Assembly (NCBI GenBank): GCA_013265495.1
Contig: MU058824.1
Location: forward strand, 3,003,111-3,067,110
From: Vicugna vicugna
Lineage: Eukaryota
DNA length: 64,000 bases
Direction of reading: 5' to 3'
A model generated the notes under the pieces. It ran no database searches. It was given only the letters and a program-made list of their open reading frames with translations, and was not told where the DNA came from. Below are positions 12,441 through 25,600 of the stretch, piece by piece. Made by a program: the position numbers and the translations under genes. Every line of letters starts with the position of its first letter. The first letter of the stretch is position 1.

Positions 12441-15400
12441 CTTTGTTACAGACTTTGGAGAGCCATGAGTTTTTGAGAAAGAACTAGGTGTGGTCCAGAG
12501 CCTTGAGAATTGTCTGGGTCTGTCCATGCCTGCATCTACTCCCCTTTATGGGGTGGGATTTTAGAGTTTATGCAGGCTGCAACTTGAGAAAAATCCTACG
12601 TTGCTTTGAGACTCAAATCCAGGCTGCCCTCTTCCTGGCTGTGTGACCTTGAGTAAGTCACTTAACCTCTCTGATCTCCCAATTCCTCATCAGTGGCTGA
12701 AGATGATGACCAACCACTTCAACAGTCATTCCTTTTTGTCTTCCTCACTGTCCTGCTGACCCTCTAGCTCTCCCTCCATGTCTTCAGACATCATGCATTG
12801 AATACAAGTTTTCTCCAGAACCTGGTCTGGTCTTGTTATCTCATAGGGAAGCCTTTTTGTGGCAAGCCAGGGCAGTAGCTCTGATACATAAAGTACAGTT
12901 GGGCAGAAATCTTGGGATTTAGGGAACAGAAAGAGACCATTTACATCACCTGGCCCAGTACCCCGTACAGGTAGAGAAACTGAGGCCCAGAGAGGGGAAA
13001 AAGCTTGTCCGCCTCCTGGCTTCCTAGCCAGGCTGTTTTCTGGCAGCACCCGAGTCAGCCTGAGAGAAAGGGCGGGCAGGGGAGTTAGGGTGTCTGTGTC
13101 TTTGCTCTCACTGCATGAAAGATTTCACATCTTTTCAGGGCTGATGGAGGGAAAATGAACTTTCTGCTCAATTAGTGTGTGGCGTGTTTGCTCCTTCTAA
13201 AAGGTTTAAAAGAAATGCTGCAATTAGAAGCTGCTGCTGTAGGCAAAACAGGCTCCTCAAATGCTCCATGCAGGAGACCAAATGAAAACAGTGAACTTTA
13301 GAGATGGAGGTTTTCAGAAGCCCCATCTGACCGGGGATGTATCTGGAAGGCAGGTCGGGCTACAGGGCTGGCTGCTGAGGAGGCTGCACCAGTTCAGTGA
13401 AGGACCAGGGCAGTGGCAGCCGGATGGAGACCGTGTCTTGGTAGAACTGATGTGAGTGAGAAGGAGCAAGGAGTCAAGGGCCTTGTCCAGATTTCTGAAC
13501 GGCCGGGTGAGTGGTGGCACCGGCAGCCGCAACATGGACCTGGGATGGTCAGTTTTGAAAAAGCCAGGAAACTCTTCCTAACTCAGCTGCCCTCTTCCAT
13601 TGCTGCCCAAAACCCAGAGGCAGGAGGTGCCCACACTCACACTGCCAACCCATTGTCCAGAGCACCTGCCCACCTGTCAGTGCCCAGCATGCCTGCTGGT
13701 GGGCTGGGGTTTCCCTTCCTAACCTGCTGTGTCTCCCCTCCCTGCCAGGCATGCAGCATTGCCCTTTGCTCCCTGCCGAGAGCTTCCTGGTCCGTCCCCT
13801 CTGTCTGAGCCACCCCGATTACATTTCCAGCTGGTTTTTAATTATCTCATATCAGCTTGCATAAATCTGCCTGTGTGGCTCACCCTCCAGGGAAGGCATT
13901 TCAACTGCCCGTCCGTCACCAGGAAGCCTCTTGTGCCCTGGGACAGCTTCCCTTCTGAGGCACTGGGTGGTCTTTCCAAATGAGAAAAACATTTCTTTCC
14001 AGTCACATTTCTAACATCTTGCTAATAGGACTTATTTAATAATATTTTTGCAAAAGCCATCTGGTAATGGCTTGATTGGGAACTTGGGAGGGCATATGAG
14101 GTGCTGTGGGGACAGGCCATGGTGAGATTCAGACCTCATATCTGCCATCAGTGAAAGGACGGCAGCACGGAGAAGGATGCAGTCAGGGGTCAGAGGACAA
14201 GCGCCTGAACCCCACTGCCTTCTCCAGCCACAAGGGTCACTCAGCGAGTTATTTCATGTCTCTGAGCCTCAGCCCCGAGACACAGGGACACAGCGGAAGG
14301 GAAGGCTCTCTGTAAACCCTGAGAGGCTGTATGAATACAGGTGGGGTTGTTTGCAGGGTCTTTGTGCTTACTTCCCCCAGGGATATATTTGGGGTCTTAT
14401 TTTGGTAATAGCTAGGTAAATAACTCAGAGGGCCCCAGAGGAAATATGATCAGTCCCCACCTAGAGGCATTTGGTGGGGCTTGAAGCGACTGCAATGAAA
14501 ATCCCAAGGTTCACTGTTCCCAGACATTCAGGCCCTTGCAACTAGAAGGGTCTTGAATCATCCAGGTCAAGATCCTGGCTTTGAGATGAAAGAAACAGGC
14601 ACACGGAGGGGAAAGGACCTTCCCAAGGTCCCGCAGTGAGTTGCTGGAGCCCAGATGTCTCAACTCCCATTCCCAGGGTTATTACCCTTCTGAGCTCCAT
14701 ACCACTGTATTTTCTTCCATTTTCTCCATAAACGTTCTTGGTATTTGAGGCAGATTTATAAAATCAGTTGTCAGATTTTATAGCTCTTGTCTTTGCTTCC
14801 ACAGTTCAAATGCTAAAGCTATAAAAATTTTTTGCTGTGCGCGTGTGTATGTCACATACACGTATACACACTCTTCCACTTTGCTGGGGTGGGGCCTGTT
14901 CCATGCCTGGTTCTTAGAGTGTCCTAAACCTGCCCTTTGCTGGGTAGCACCCCCAGTGAGCAGCTACCGTCCTCCTTCCACCCCTGGGTGCTTTCTGCCA
15001 CTTTCAATGCCTTTTTTTTTTTTTTCAAAGATTGCTTCACCCAGGAGGAATATCAGAAACAATTGCTTTTGGCAAAGCTGGCTTATTAGAAATGCTTTAA
15101 TTAGAAGCTTTTTTTTTTTTCCTGTTCTCCTTTTGAAAGTCTACATGCTGCTTACGGCCCCCGGCGGCTTGGGGACCAGCCTGCCACATTCTCAGCACAG
15201 GCTTTCAGGGCAGGGGTGACAGGTCAGCAGTGCACCTGTCACTGCTGCATTCCTACTAGGCACTGGGCCTTTGACTGGATGGGGTGACAAAGGCATGTCA
15301 GACTCTAAGCTTGTGGTCTGGGTAAGGGGACAAGCAATAGGTGAGTGTTGTGATGGAGGGAGGTGTGGCAGAGAATAAGTAAGTGGGGAAGAAAGTAAGT

Positions 15401-17149
15401 CTGACTGGTGGCATCTTGGAAGGCTTCCTGGAGGAGGTGGCATATGAGCAGGGCTTTGGAGGATAGTAATGTATTGAGAAGTAACAGCAAGGTAGAAGGG
15501 TAATTAGGTTTGGGATTAGAGGAGAGTTTGTGCAGTGTCCCCTCTCTCTGTGGTGCCAATTTGAGTTTTCATTTGTCCGCTTCACATAAGCCCTGCCTTG
15601 GCCCAGGTGATTAATAATTGTGGACAGAGATGTGCCTTGTGAACTCCAAAGTCTCAGTCAGCTCCTCTGTCTCCCCATGGCATTCTTTCTGCATTGTCGG
15701 TCCTTTATCTTTCCCACGATTCCTTCCCACCCCCGACCTTGCCAAAGAGCAGTCGTGTGCCCATCATTTCCACCTGACACTAAAGGTGTATACCCCACCA
15801 GAGCTGAACACAGCCTCCCAGGGAAAAATGCATTTACAAGGTGCCGGGCAGGCGCTTTTCAGTCCCTGCTACCTGGTGTTAGAAATTGATTTGAACAGGC
15901 TTCTGCAGCATATCCTCTGAAGCAAGTAGAATTGTGCCAATAATAATGATTAAAAACTTGGGGCAGTATATGAGTTGTGACACAAGTGATGATGGAACCA
16001 CTGAGGCAGCAAATGCATGAGATGGTATGTGCTGGGCACACCCACATTTCAGATTCACCATCTCCAAATGTTAGCATAATTCTATTTTGAGTTCAGGTTT
16101 TCAAGCTAAAAAAATACTTTTTCCCATCCTGAATTGTTCCAATCTTACCCCCAAAAATCTTCTGTGACAAAGGATTGAGTGTCTTACTTTTGTAGGAGTT
16201 GTGCTTTTAAAAAACCAATCTGTTCCAATAGTAAGTAACTTTCTGGAACTCAATTACTTGCAGCCATGCTAGAAAAAAAAACTGTAATTAATGTGGTCAA
16301 ACCCTAGCCAAATAATAAAATGAAAGCTTTGTTGTGTATCAAGGCAGAAATCAATTTCATTAGGGAGCAAAGAGCCAGAGATTTAATTCTGAGAAAACTC
16401 TCCACCCTGTGGACGGAGGTTGTCAAGAAGCTGCCAGAATGAATGCTCAACATGAGAGGATTCGCCCTCCAAAGCCCAGATTACTAAGGGCTGATGGTGA
16501 CCTTCCAAAATTGCCTTTGCAAACCTTCCAAGTGTGTCCATAGCCAGTGAGCTTTTGCTTCTTAATGTGCTTTGACTGGGGCCCCTTTTGGTTTGGTCAG
16601 GAGGTGCATGTTGTCTATACCCACTGATACTTGCGTGTCAATGAGATCCTGTCCTTTGGGATCAGGAGGAGGTAGAAGGCTTGTGGTGTCCACATTGGCA
16701 GTGGAGTCATATCCAGAAGAAGGGCTGATGGCCAAGTGGGACAGACCCACTGGGGTCAATGTCCAGTTGCAGGCCCCCAGTGTATGAGAGATCGTGATCA
16801 TTAGGGGGACACAGGATAGGACAGGGGCTTCTGCCTCATGAGGACAGCTGGAGAGAGAAGAGCAGCCTCAGGTTTGCTCTTGCTTCGGTCTTCCGCTCTC
16901 CACCGGGCCTTCCCAGGGCAGGCAGAGCAGCTGTGGCCTGCGGGAACCGGAGCTCAGTGATGATATCAGTAGGCTGCTCTAAGTCATATTTCAGCTCAGA
17001 ACATGGAAGGACTTTCCCATAGGCAGAGCCATCAAAGGTCAGAAAGTATTGTCTTGGTAGGGAGTAAGCTCCCCAACGCTAGGGGTAAGCAACAAAAACT
17101 GGACACAAGATGGGTATGTTACATAGGACTTTCCATCATCAGAATTAGA

Positions 17150-17300
17150 ATGGTGGTTCTCAAACTTGAATGTGCGTGGAAATCTCTCGGGGAGCGTGTT
17201 AAAGGCAGAGTCTGGTTCCAGAGAGGCCCAGGGAGCTGCAGGCTTAGCAAGTCCACAGGGACTGTGATGTGGGCATTCTGGGGCACATTTGAAAACACTT
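17150..17300. mobile_element. MER5-like hAT MITE
   Basis: TIR-like ends tggttctcaaact and tttgaaaacact. Confidence 0.55.
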
Positions 17301-19460
17301 TATTTTTGAGAAACCTGTGCAGCGCTACCAGCCCTGAGACTCTGGGGTTCCTGTAATGAAGTTAAGTCCTTTTGTTTAATATCTAAATAGTCATCCCTTC
17401 CTCATTGTGTGATGTGAGCATCTCCTGTGAGCTAAGCTTCAAAGGTTTAGAGGTTTGCAGGACCTCAGTGGTCAGTCATCTAGTCCTGTCCCTTTGTTGT
17501 ATAGATGGGGAAACTGAGGCTCAAGAGGGCAGGAGCCAGGGCTGGGACCAGGTCCCTCACATTCAGTTCAGACCTCTTTCCATTTGCTTTCAGTGGACTT
17601 TAGGGAACATCATAATCTACTCCCCAGTTTACCGATGAAGACACTGAGGCCCAGATCCGCAAGGACTTCTGGGAGTGTCTCCCACTGAAAACCGCTGTCA
17701 TTCACATGATTTGCAAAAGACCCTTGGCCAGGGTGTCTGGGTGGCTTACAGTCAACTGTGTGCCTTTGAAATTCCAGGGAGGAGGAAAGTGCCCTCAGGT
17801 TACAGGCAGGACCACCAAGCAGGTAGGTCTGATTTAGCTTGCAGTTTTTAAAAGCCTTTCTGAATTTTCTTTCTTGTTTTTTGTTTTTTGTTTTGTTTTG
17901 TTTTTAAGTGAAACTGTAAGTTGGATCTGGTGCTTTGTAGGTGAGTCCCCCACAAAGCACCTAATCTCACTTGGTCAGTTAGCAAGGGAAACCCCCACCA
18001 GGAAAGGAGTTGGGTCAGGAGATAGTAAGGGTAAGCCCTGTGCTTTGAGGATAAGGATGAGTACTGGGGAGTGGGGGGATTGCTGCCTGCCCCCCCCCCC
18101 CCGTATCCCCACCTTGTCACAGCCATCACTGCCTATTCGGAACATACAGAGGCTCCTGGTAGTGCCCGAGAATCCCCTCCAACTGATGGCGCAGGGTGAG
18201 GGTGGGGGCATTCTGGTCCCTGATTCACTAGAGAGTAGGAGCAAACCTCCACCCTCTCTGGGTCTTGGTATCACCTGTAAAATAAGGCAGGAAAACAGAT
18301 GATCTCAAAAGCCTCTGCTTAGTGTCTTGTCTCCCTCAGAAATGTTGAATACAGAGCAGTACATGCAGTAGGTACTTAAGAAATGCCATAGACCATCTAT
18401 GACCACTATTTTTTAAGCAGAGGAGCCTCTTTCCTCATCCTTCCCATTTTGCTTTCTCGTGGATCCCAGTGTGTAACAATGTGCTTTTGAGGGTGTCGTG
18501 AAATACCACTTGATGTTTGGGGAAATTGATCTCAGGGAAGAAAACACCCTGCCCACTGTCACCCAGCGACAGAGCTGGGGCCAGAACCCAGCCTCCCACC
18601 CCAGCCAGGCGGGCTGCCCAGCTGGAGGAGGCGGAGCTACTGCCAACGTGACCGTGAACCGCAGACCAGGCAGACGGGGAGACATGCTCAGCACTCAGTC
18701 TGGGCAGCACGGAGCCAGCAAGACAAACCAGATGGGCAGCAACTTGTATGCAGGCTCCCGCAGGGCAAGTAGAAACCAAGCCACATCTGAACCCTGAGCC
18801 GCAGCACCTGCCCAACATTCTCATGCACCATCCAGCTCAGACCTTGGGTCAGCTCTTATGGATGGGCAGTGAGAACTCCTTCCCACAGAGGAGGAATTGA
18901 GGCTTAGAGAGAGACACGGCTCAGAAGTGGCAGGCCGGGACTTGGACCCGGGTCTGGGTCCCCTGGGTCTGCAGGTGGGGGACCCCTGCACTTACCTTTC
19001 AGGGCTGTCTTGCCTCCTCGCCCAGACATGCTCCCCTCGTCTCACTCTCCAGCCTCACCTGGGTCGACCCCAGGTTTCCAGCTCCCCCTTTGCCTAAGGA
19101 AGCCATCGTGCCCCTCAAGTTCCTCTCTATGGCAGCTGGTGCTCACCCCACAGCTGCCTTTGCCCAATATCTGCCCAGTCCTTGTTCTGGACCTTCCTTC
19201 AGGTGTGGTGTCTTTCCCCTGCACTTGCTGGTTGGGGGTGCAGTCTGGGATTGGTCCTTGGAAATAGCCTGAAGCCCTTTGTAGCCAAGCCTTCTGGCAA
19301 ATTCTGGGCTGTCTTAAGCCCTTAAGTGAGGAGCCACACGACTAACATGTATCAGGTGTTCATGCTTCATTCACACAATGTTCTCACTGACCCCTTACCA
19401 CTCCTGTGAGGGTGAACTTTTGTTATTCCCATTTCATAGATGAAGGATTTGAGGCACTAG

Positions 19461-19635
19461 GTGACTATTGAAATTTGGGGCTGAATTATTCTGTGTTGTG
19501 GGGACTGTCCTGTGTATCATAGGCTGTTACGCAGCATCCCTGACCTCCGCCCATGGATGCCAGCAGCTCCCATGTTTCCACACATTGCCAAATACCCCCA
19601 GAGGGAGGTAGACTTGGCCCAGTCGAGAGCCAGTG
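19461..19635. mobile_element. MER20-like hAT-Charlie DNA transposon relic
   Basis: actattgaaatttggggctgaattattctgtgttgtggggactgtcctgtg...acattgccaaat...gagagccagtg. Confidence 0.75.
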
Positions 19636-22600
19636 CTCCACGGAGAGTATGGGCTGAGAAGGGCTTGTCCTAGTAGAAGGAGACCCTCCAGGCCTGAATG
19701 CACTCTGTCCGTCCTGTTGGCACAGGTGTTAAGAAGCCTGCTTTTGCCATTGTGCCATCCCGAGCCCAGGGATTCACTGCCTTTCCTCAGCGTGAGGATG
19801 GCCACCTTGCCCTGCCTTGGTCTTCCTGCTGATGCTGGCGCAGCCCCCACACCCCTGTGATGTCTCTCGTTGGTTTGAGAGCTTCAGCACTGGAAGGACC
19901 CCCTCTTCCTTTTCCAGATGGGGTTGCTGAGCCTCAGGGAGAGGGGACCTGCCCAGCCAAAGACATCAGTGGGATCAGAGTTTGAACCCAGGCATCTGAC
20001 TTCAGTCCAGGCACCACCACCAACCCCACCTGCTCCAAACACAAAGAGTCTTTGTATTCCTAGAACAGGAAATAGGAAAGCATGCTAGACCCTTTTTCCC
20101 TTCCTAAAGCTCTGACAACATCTCATATGTCACCCCTGCCTCCACCCTTCCCTTGCAGTTTTCATGTGCACTTAGCCGAGCCTGAGGACTGATGGGAACA
20201 CCAACCAAAAGGACTGCAAAAGTCATCCAGCTTGACCCCCATGTGTCATTACCCTCCCACTTACACACTCCCAGTCATGGGAGGCTCACTCCCTCAGCTG
20301 GCAGTCTTGATCATTAAAATCTTCCTGTCTGACACTACTGAGAAAGTTGCCCCAGATGAATTCATTTGGACCTACCTGCTGCATTGTGTGGCACAAAACA
20401 AGCCTCCTGCCTCTCCATGTTTGCCAGGAGATGCATCTACCAGCTCTCCTTCTGCCTGGAGGTGGCTTTTCATCGTGATTTACTGAAGGCCCTCACCCTG
20501 AGCCGCCAACTTAGAGCTTGAGAAATGCCCAGGCTTCTCGGGGAGGCTAACTGCTGCCGATCCGTTTATTGAAGTCTAATTATTTGGTTGTAAATCAAGT
20601 TGTTGGGCTCAGCGGTGTTCACATTTAGATGTTTGTTCGCTATAACTTGGTGCATATGTCTTTGGCTTGTCACCCTGAAGGCTGTTTCGGAAGGCAGTGG
20701 GTGGTGTGTGACCGCGTAAGCCCCTTCCCCCAGCTCCCTCAGCTCCTTGAATGTCTCAGCTGGAAGGGTCCTCCATGCCCCCTACTCCATGCTTTACACA
20801 GTTAGAGAACCCATCACACGACTAGGACTCACGTCTTGGTCCTCTGGCTCGGAAAGCCCTGGAGTTGTCTCACTGCGACCCAGGCAGGTTGTTTCTCCCT
20901 CTGGCCCCCGGTGTCCTTGTGTGTGCAGTGGATGCCTTGCAGAGAGCACCAGCCGTCCCAGCTTCTTTGTGAAGCTACAGGTTGGTCCAGTTACAGACCG
21001 AGGGCAGCAGCGGCTGTCATGTTCCTATTTGTGTGCCTGGCTCCCAGGCCCTGTGCTGAAAGTTCACAGCGTGTGCAGATGCTGGCCTGCACGCAGTAGG
21101 CCTTCAGGAGATGTCAGCCAGGTACCTTTCCCCGGAGGGCCCCCATCACTTGAGATCTGGGTATTTCTCTCCCACTTCAGTCCCAGGGCTCTCCTCAGAA
21201 CATGCTTCTCTGCAGGCACGCACACTGTTTCTGGAGTGGTGGCACCTTGCTCACAGGCATGGCAAGGAAAGTTTGTTATATCCCACCTCGCTGGAGATCA
21301 AAGAGCAGACAGTTCAGAGCCATTTGCTCGCAGAGGCAGCATTGCCAACCATGGGGTGGGCTTATGGCAGGAAGTACCTGTTTTGTAGGCCTCTAGGTAG
21401 CCATTGAGGCAGGAAGTATCTTGCCATGGTCACCCTCCAGGCCGGCTCCCTCACCCAAGGTCACAGCAGATCAGCATCAGAGCCAGGCCAGGAACCACAC
21501 CTGTCCCCCATTAATTCAGCACAAATGCCTGTGCCCTTCTCCACCCTGACTTGAGTGCACACCTGTGGGGACAGAAGGACCCGTCCGGCTGGTCTCATGC
21601 CCTCCCCTGCTGGTCTCAGGGCCTGTACACTGAGGCCCTGCGGGTGAGCGCTGGTGGCCATTGTCATGTTCACAGACAGCAGAGGACCTGTGACACCTCC
21701 CTCCCCTGAGAATCATCCTGCAACCAACTGTTGAGAGCATTTCAAATGCACGGTCTCCTCCTTTCTCTGCTCTTACCTATCTCCCCAGGAATCTTGCAAA
21801 ATGTAAGATTCAATTGTTTAATTTAAATGACCCTACTAGAAGAGGAGGGGATACAGCCACTTAGAGACCTGCTGGGCTCCAGAGCAGACAGGGCCTGGGC
21901 CATCAGGAAGCCAGGGCTTTAAGAGAGAACTTGTATCACATATCACATTTTATCTAGGCCCGGGCAGGGGCACTGGTCGGCTCAGTGGCCCCAGAAATGA
22001 TTTATTTTCAAATCCCAGGGAAAGAGAGGGGTTTGACCCATTCTTCCCTGTGGCTTCCCTCAGGCAAGCTTTCTCTTTCTGATTTGAGAGGCAGGTGCTT
22101 TTGTACCCACTGCAGGGGTGACCCTCTGCATGCTCCCCATGGCTCTGCCCCTCACGAAACTTGCTCTGCAGGCTTTTTCTGGGACCAGGGCTGCCAAGCA
22201 AAGCAGCCACTGTGTCTGGCCTTGGAGGAGGCAGCTTCTACCCTGGCTGGACCACACTGGGGGACAGGGTGGACTGACCACCAGCCTGCCCTCAGGAGTT
22301 TGCTGTCCAGAGAAGAGGATGCATGGAGCCTTGTCCCCCTGGCTCAGGACAGACCCTCACTAGGTAACTGCTGGATGGATGGATGGACAGATAGAAGGAC
22401 AGAGTGCCCAGCTGTGTGCCAGGCATGTGCTGAGGGCCCAGAGGGGAGTAAGGCTTGGCCTGTTGAGAAATGTCACAATGAACAGGGTTCCTGACCTCAG
22501 CAGCTCACAGAGCTGCAGGGCAGAAAGAGTTTAAAGGCCCACCTGGACACCAGGATCGATCTGCTTGGGTGGCTGAGCAGGGGAAGATAAGGCTGCAGTC

Positions 22601-25600
22601 ATAGTTTCAGGGCCTTGAATGCTCACCACAGGCTAAGAGAACACAGGCTTCAGAATCAGTCCGATGTAGTGAAATCCTAGCTGCACCATGTCCCATGGGA
22701 CAGAGCACACAGCCTCCTGCAGCCTGTTTCCCCATCCGCACAGAACAAGAGTTACACTAAGCAACTGAGCAACATTGCTGTGGGCTTAAATGAGATAACA
22801 CGTGGCAACGGCTCAGCTCAGCCTGGTGCACAGGGGGTTCGAGCATGCATTCTGCAGTGGCACTGGGGAGCCATGGACAGTTTTGAGCTGATAGACAATG
22901 TTCTGGGGCATCTCAGTCAAGAGAGCAGCTCCCAACCACCTTTCAATAGAGGTGAACCAGAGATCGCCTCTGTGTATGGATTCTAGTAACCAGGTCCTAC
23001 ATGCTAGTCCCAAAGGGCAATTTCCTTGCCTTCTCCTGCATAAATATTATATGCAAGTATTTTTAAGTCATTTCATCATGAAAAGAAGCGATTTAACATA
23101 ACTATCACCCAGGATTCTTCATGAAATATGCATCAAGCAATTAGGTCTAAAAGCGAGAGGTGAGGCCTCGCACCCTGCTCGGGCGGGCAGCTGCGGGCTG
23201 AGTGATGTTTTATTAAAGCCCATGATTATGAGACGAGGTGGGGCCTGTTATTAGGCCCGGCGCGCCAGGCACGTTTGATAATCCTGGTGATGAGGAGGTG
23301 CTTTTTGTGATGATAATGAGTGATCTGACAGCCCCAGCACCCTAGCCTCCGCCAGCCTTACAAGACTCATTAGACAGGTCACCCACTGGAGACACCCCTA
23401 ATTGTGACTTTGCTCTTGCAAGATGGCCTATCAAAGGAAACGGGGCTGACGCAGGAGCTTGGCAGGTGGCGGCAGCCTGTCTGAGCTCCCCAGGGACCCG
23501 GGCTTTCCCAGAAATGATGATGGGGAGGTGGCAGGGGCCAGGACCCAGCCTACCTGACCCTGCACTCATGGGTCCTGGGTTCTGGCCACAGCCACAGCCC
23601 ACCTTACTGCTCTCTCTGACCTCAGTTTCCTCCAGGGTATCCCACGATAGCGGGTGGGGTGAGATGAGATGGTGCCCTGATTTTTTCTTGCTCCAGAAGC
23701 GTTGTCCAGGGCACCACGACATCCTTGTGCATGCTGGTTGTCTGAGGCACCCACCCTCCTCCCTGGGAATTTTTATCTTGGGCTGGCTGTCTTCTTCTGC
23801 ATAGAGCTGAGGGTCATTAAAGCCACCCCTGGCAGCTGTTTTTAAATCTTCAGCTGTTGTTAGGTGGCGTCTCACTTGTGGGGACCTCGTGACCCATCAG
23901 GATGTATCACCACAGCACACTTCTTGGGTATATGTTGGCAAGACTTTGAACCTGACTTTTGCATGAGTCGGGGTTTGACAGACTGTCTCAAAAAGAAAGC
24001 CTGCTCACTTTGCAGGGCCCGCCAACCCTGTGTGATAGATCACCACCCTGCCTCTGTGGCAGGGCGCTCTGCTAGTCAGGACACACCATCCCCGATCACT
24101 CCAGGCCCCTGTGCTGCTCTGACCTGCCATCAGCCCAGTGGGGTAGGACTGAGGCCCAGAGTCGAGGAGCCACTTGCTCAGGGTCTGGTGCCTCTTGCCC
24201 ACCACCCTGCCTGGCCTCACATGAAGCACTGAGGGCTAAGTCAGAGCCCCTCCTGAAACTGGACAGTGCTGAGGGCAGGAGTGTGGGCTTTGGGAAAGGC
24301 TCGCCAAGGAGAAGCAGCAGCACTGGCGCTGACTGCTGTGTGACCCTGGCCCAGCCACCTCCCATCAGTGCTCAGCACAGGGCTTGGCTCACAGGAAGTG
24401 CCCAGGAAATATCAACCCCGAAGGCCATCCGGGCCCATGCCCAGTGAGAGCAGGACTGGAGGCCTGGGGCAGCAGTGGAGGGGGCGGTGAGGCTGCGGAA
24501 GCCCTCACCAAGTGGGCAGCAAATTATGTTTATAAACACAGGATCCAGGACCTTAGACCCAGAAGTGCCCTCTGAGGCCATCCAGTCAGCCTCCCTGTGG
24601 ATCCAGTGGGGGCTGGGATGGCCCAGCATGGCCCAAGGACAGCCTGAGGTCCAGAGAACCACCCCGAGGTCCAGAGTGCAGTGCTTGAGCCCAGGGGAAG
24701 GGCCATTCCTACAGGGGCTCTAATGTGAGGGCTGGCTCCTGGGCCTTTCTCCCTCTGCAGGGAATGGTCAGGCCATGGACTTGAGGGTCACAGGCCTGAG
24801 TCCTGTCTTGGTCTCTGAACTTCATGACTACCTGCCCCTTGGCACAGCCCAGCTCAGAGTTATAAACTAGCATGTACTGAAACACCAGCGTCAGGGGAAG
24901 AAACACTGGGCCTGGAGAGTCAGGAGGGACCACAGGTCAGTGCTGGCAGCTGCCAGTGTCTGAGGTGGAGGCGTCAGTGTGGAGTTTCTATACCTGGTGG
25001 CTGTAGCGAGCCCTCGGCTGAGAACAGAGGAGCTTCAGCTCCCATCTCTGATCTGGCAGCTGTTGCCACCATCCCTGCCCACTTCCCTCACTGGATGTTT
25101 TAAGAACAGCTGGTGTGAAAATATCGCATTAACCCATATGAGTTATTTTCCTTAACCTTAGAAGTTACATCAGCTCCCCCTGCAACTTCACCCCTGCCGT
25201 GCCTGCAGAGCTGCAGCAGTCAGACCAGCTCAAGGCTGGTTGCTGTGATCTAACACATCCTAGGCTTTGCTCTCCCAGCTGTGGATCTGTGGTACATAAA
25301 ACCCAAAACATCACCCCATGCAGGGCAGGGCATGTCCAAGGCCACACGCGCGCGCGCACACACACATACACACACTCTCTTCTGCATCATTCACCTGCAT
25401 TTCCATCCTTGCTCCCCAACCTACACACCCCTTTTGCAGGCAAAGCTGAACATGTGGCCTCCAAGAGCACAAAGCTTTGTAACTATTCCTGGTTTCCTTA
25501 GCCACCTAATTTCGACACTTTATTCCAGCAATCACAGTCCTTTCCTGGCCAGCACAGATTTGCAATCTCTCCAACAAGGTGGGTAGCAGAGTCTTAGCTC

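Noticed and set aside
20747..21388. 213-aa ORF in the SHB intron (likewise 25900-26493 and 23342-23875)
   Set aside because: Non-ATG starts, GC-rich chance ORFs, and no recognisable domain or exon structure.
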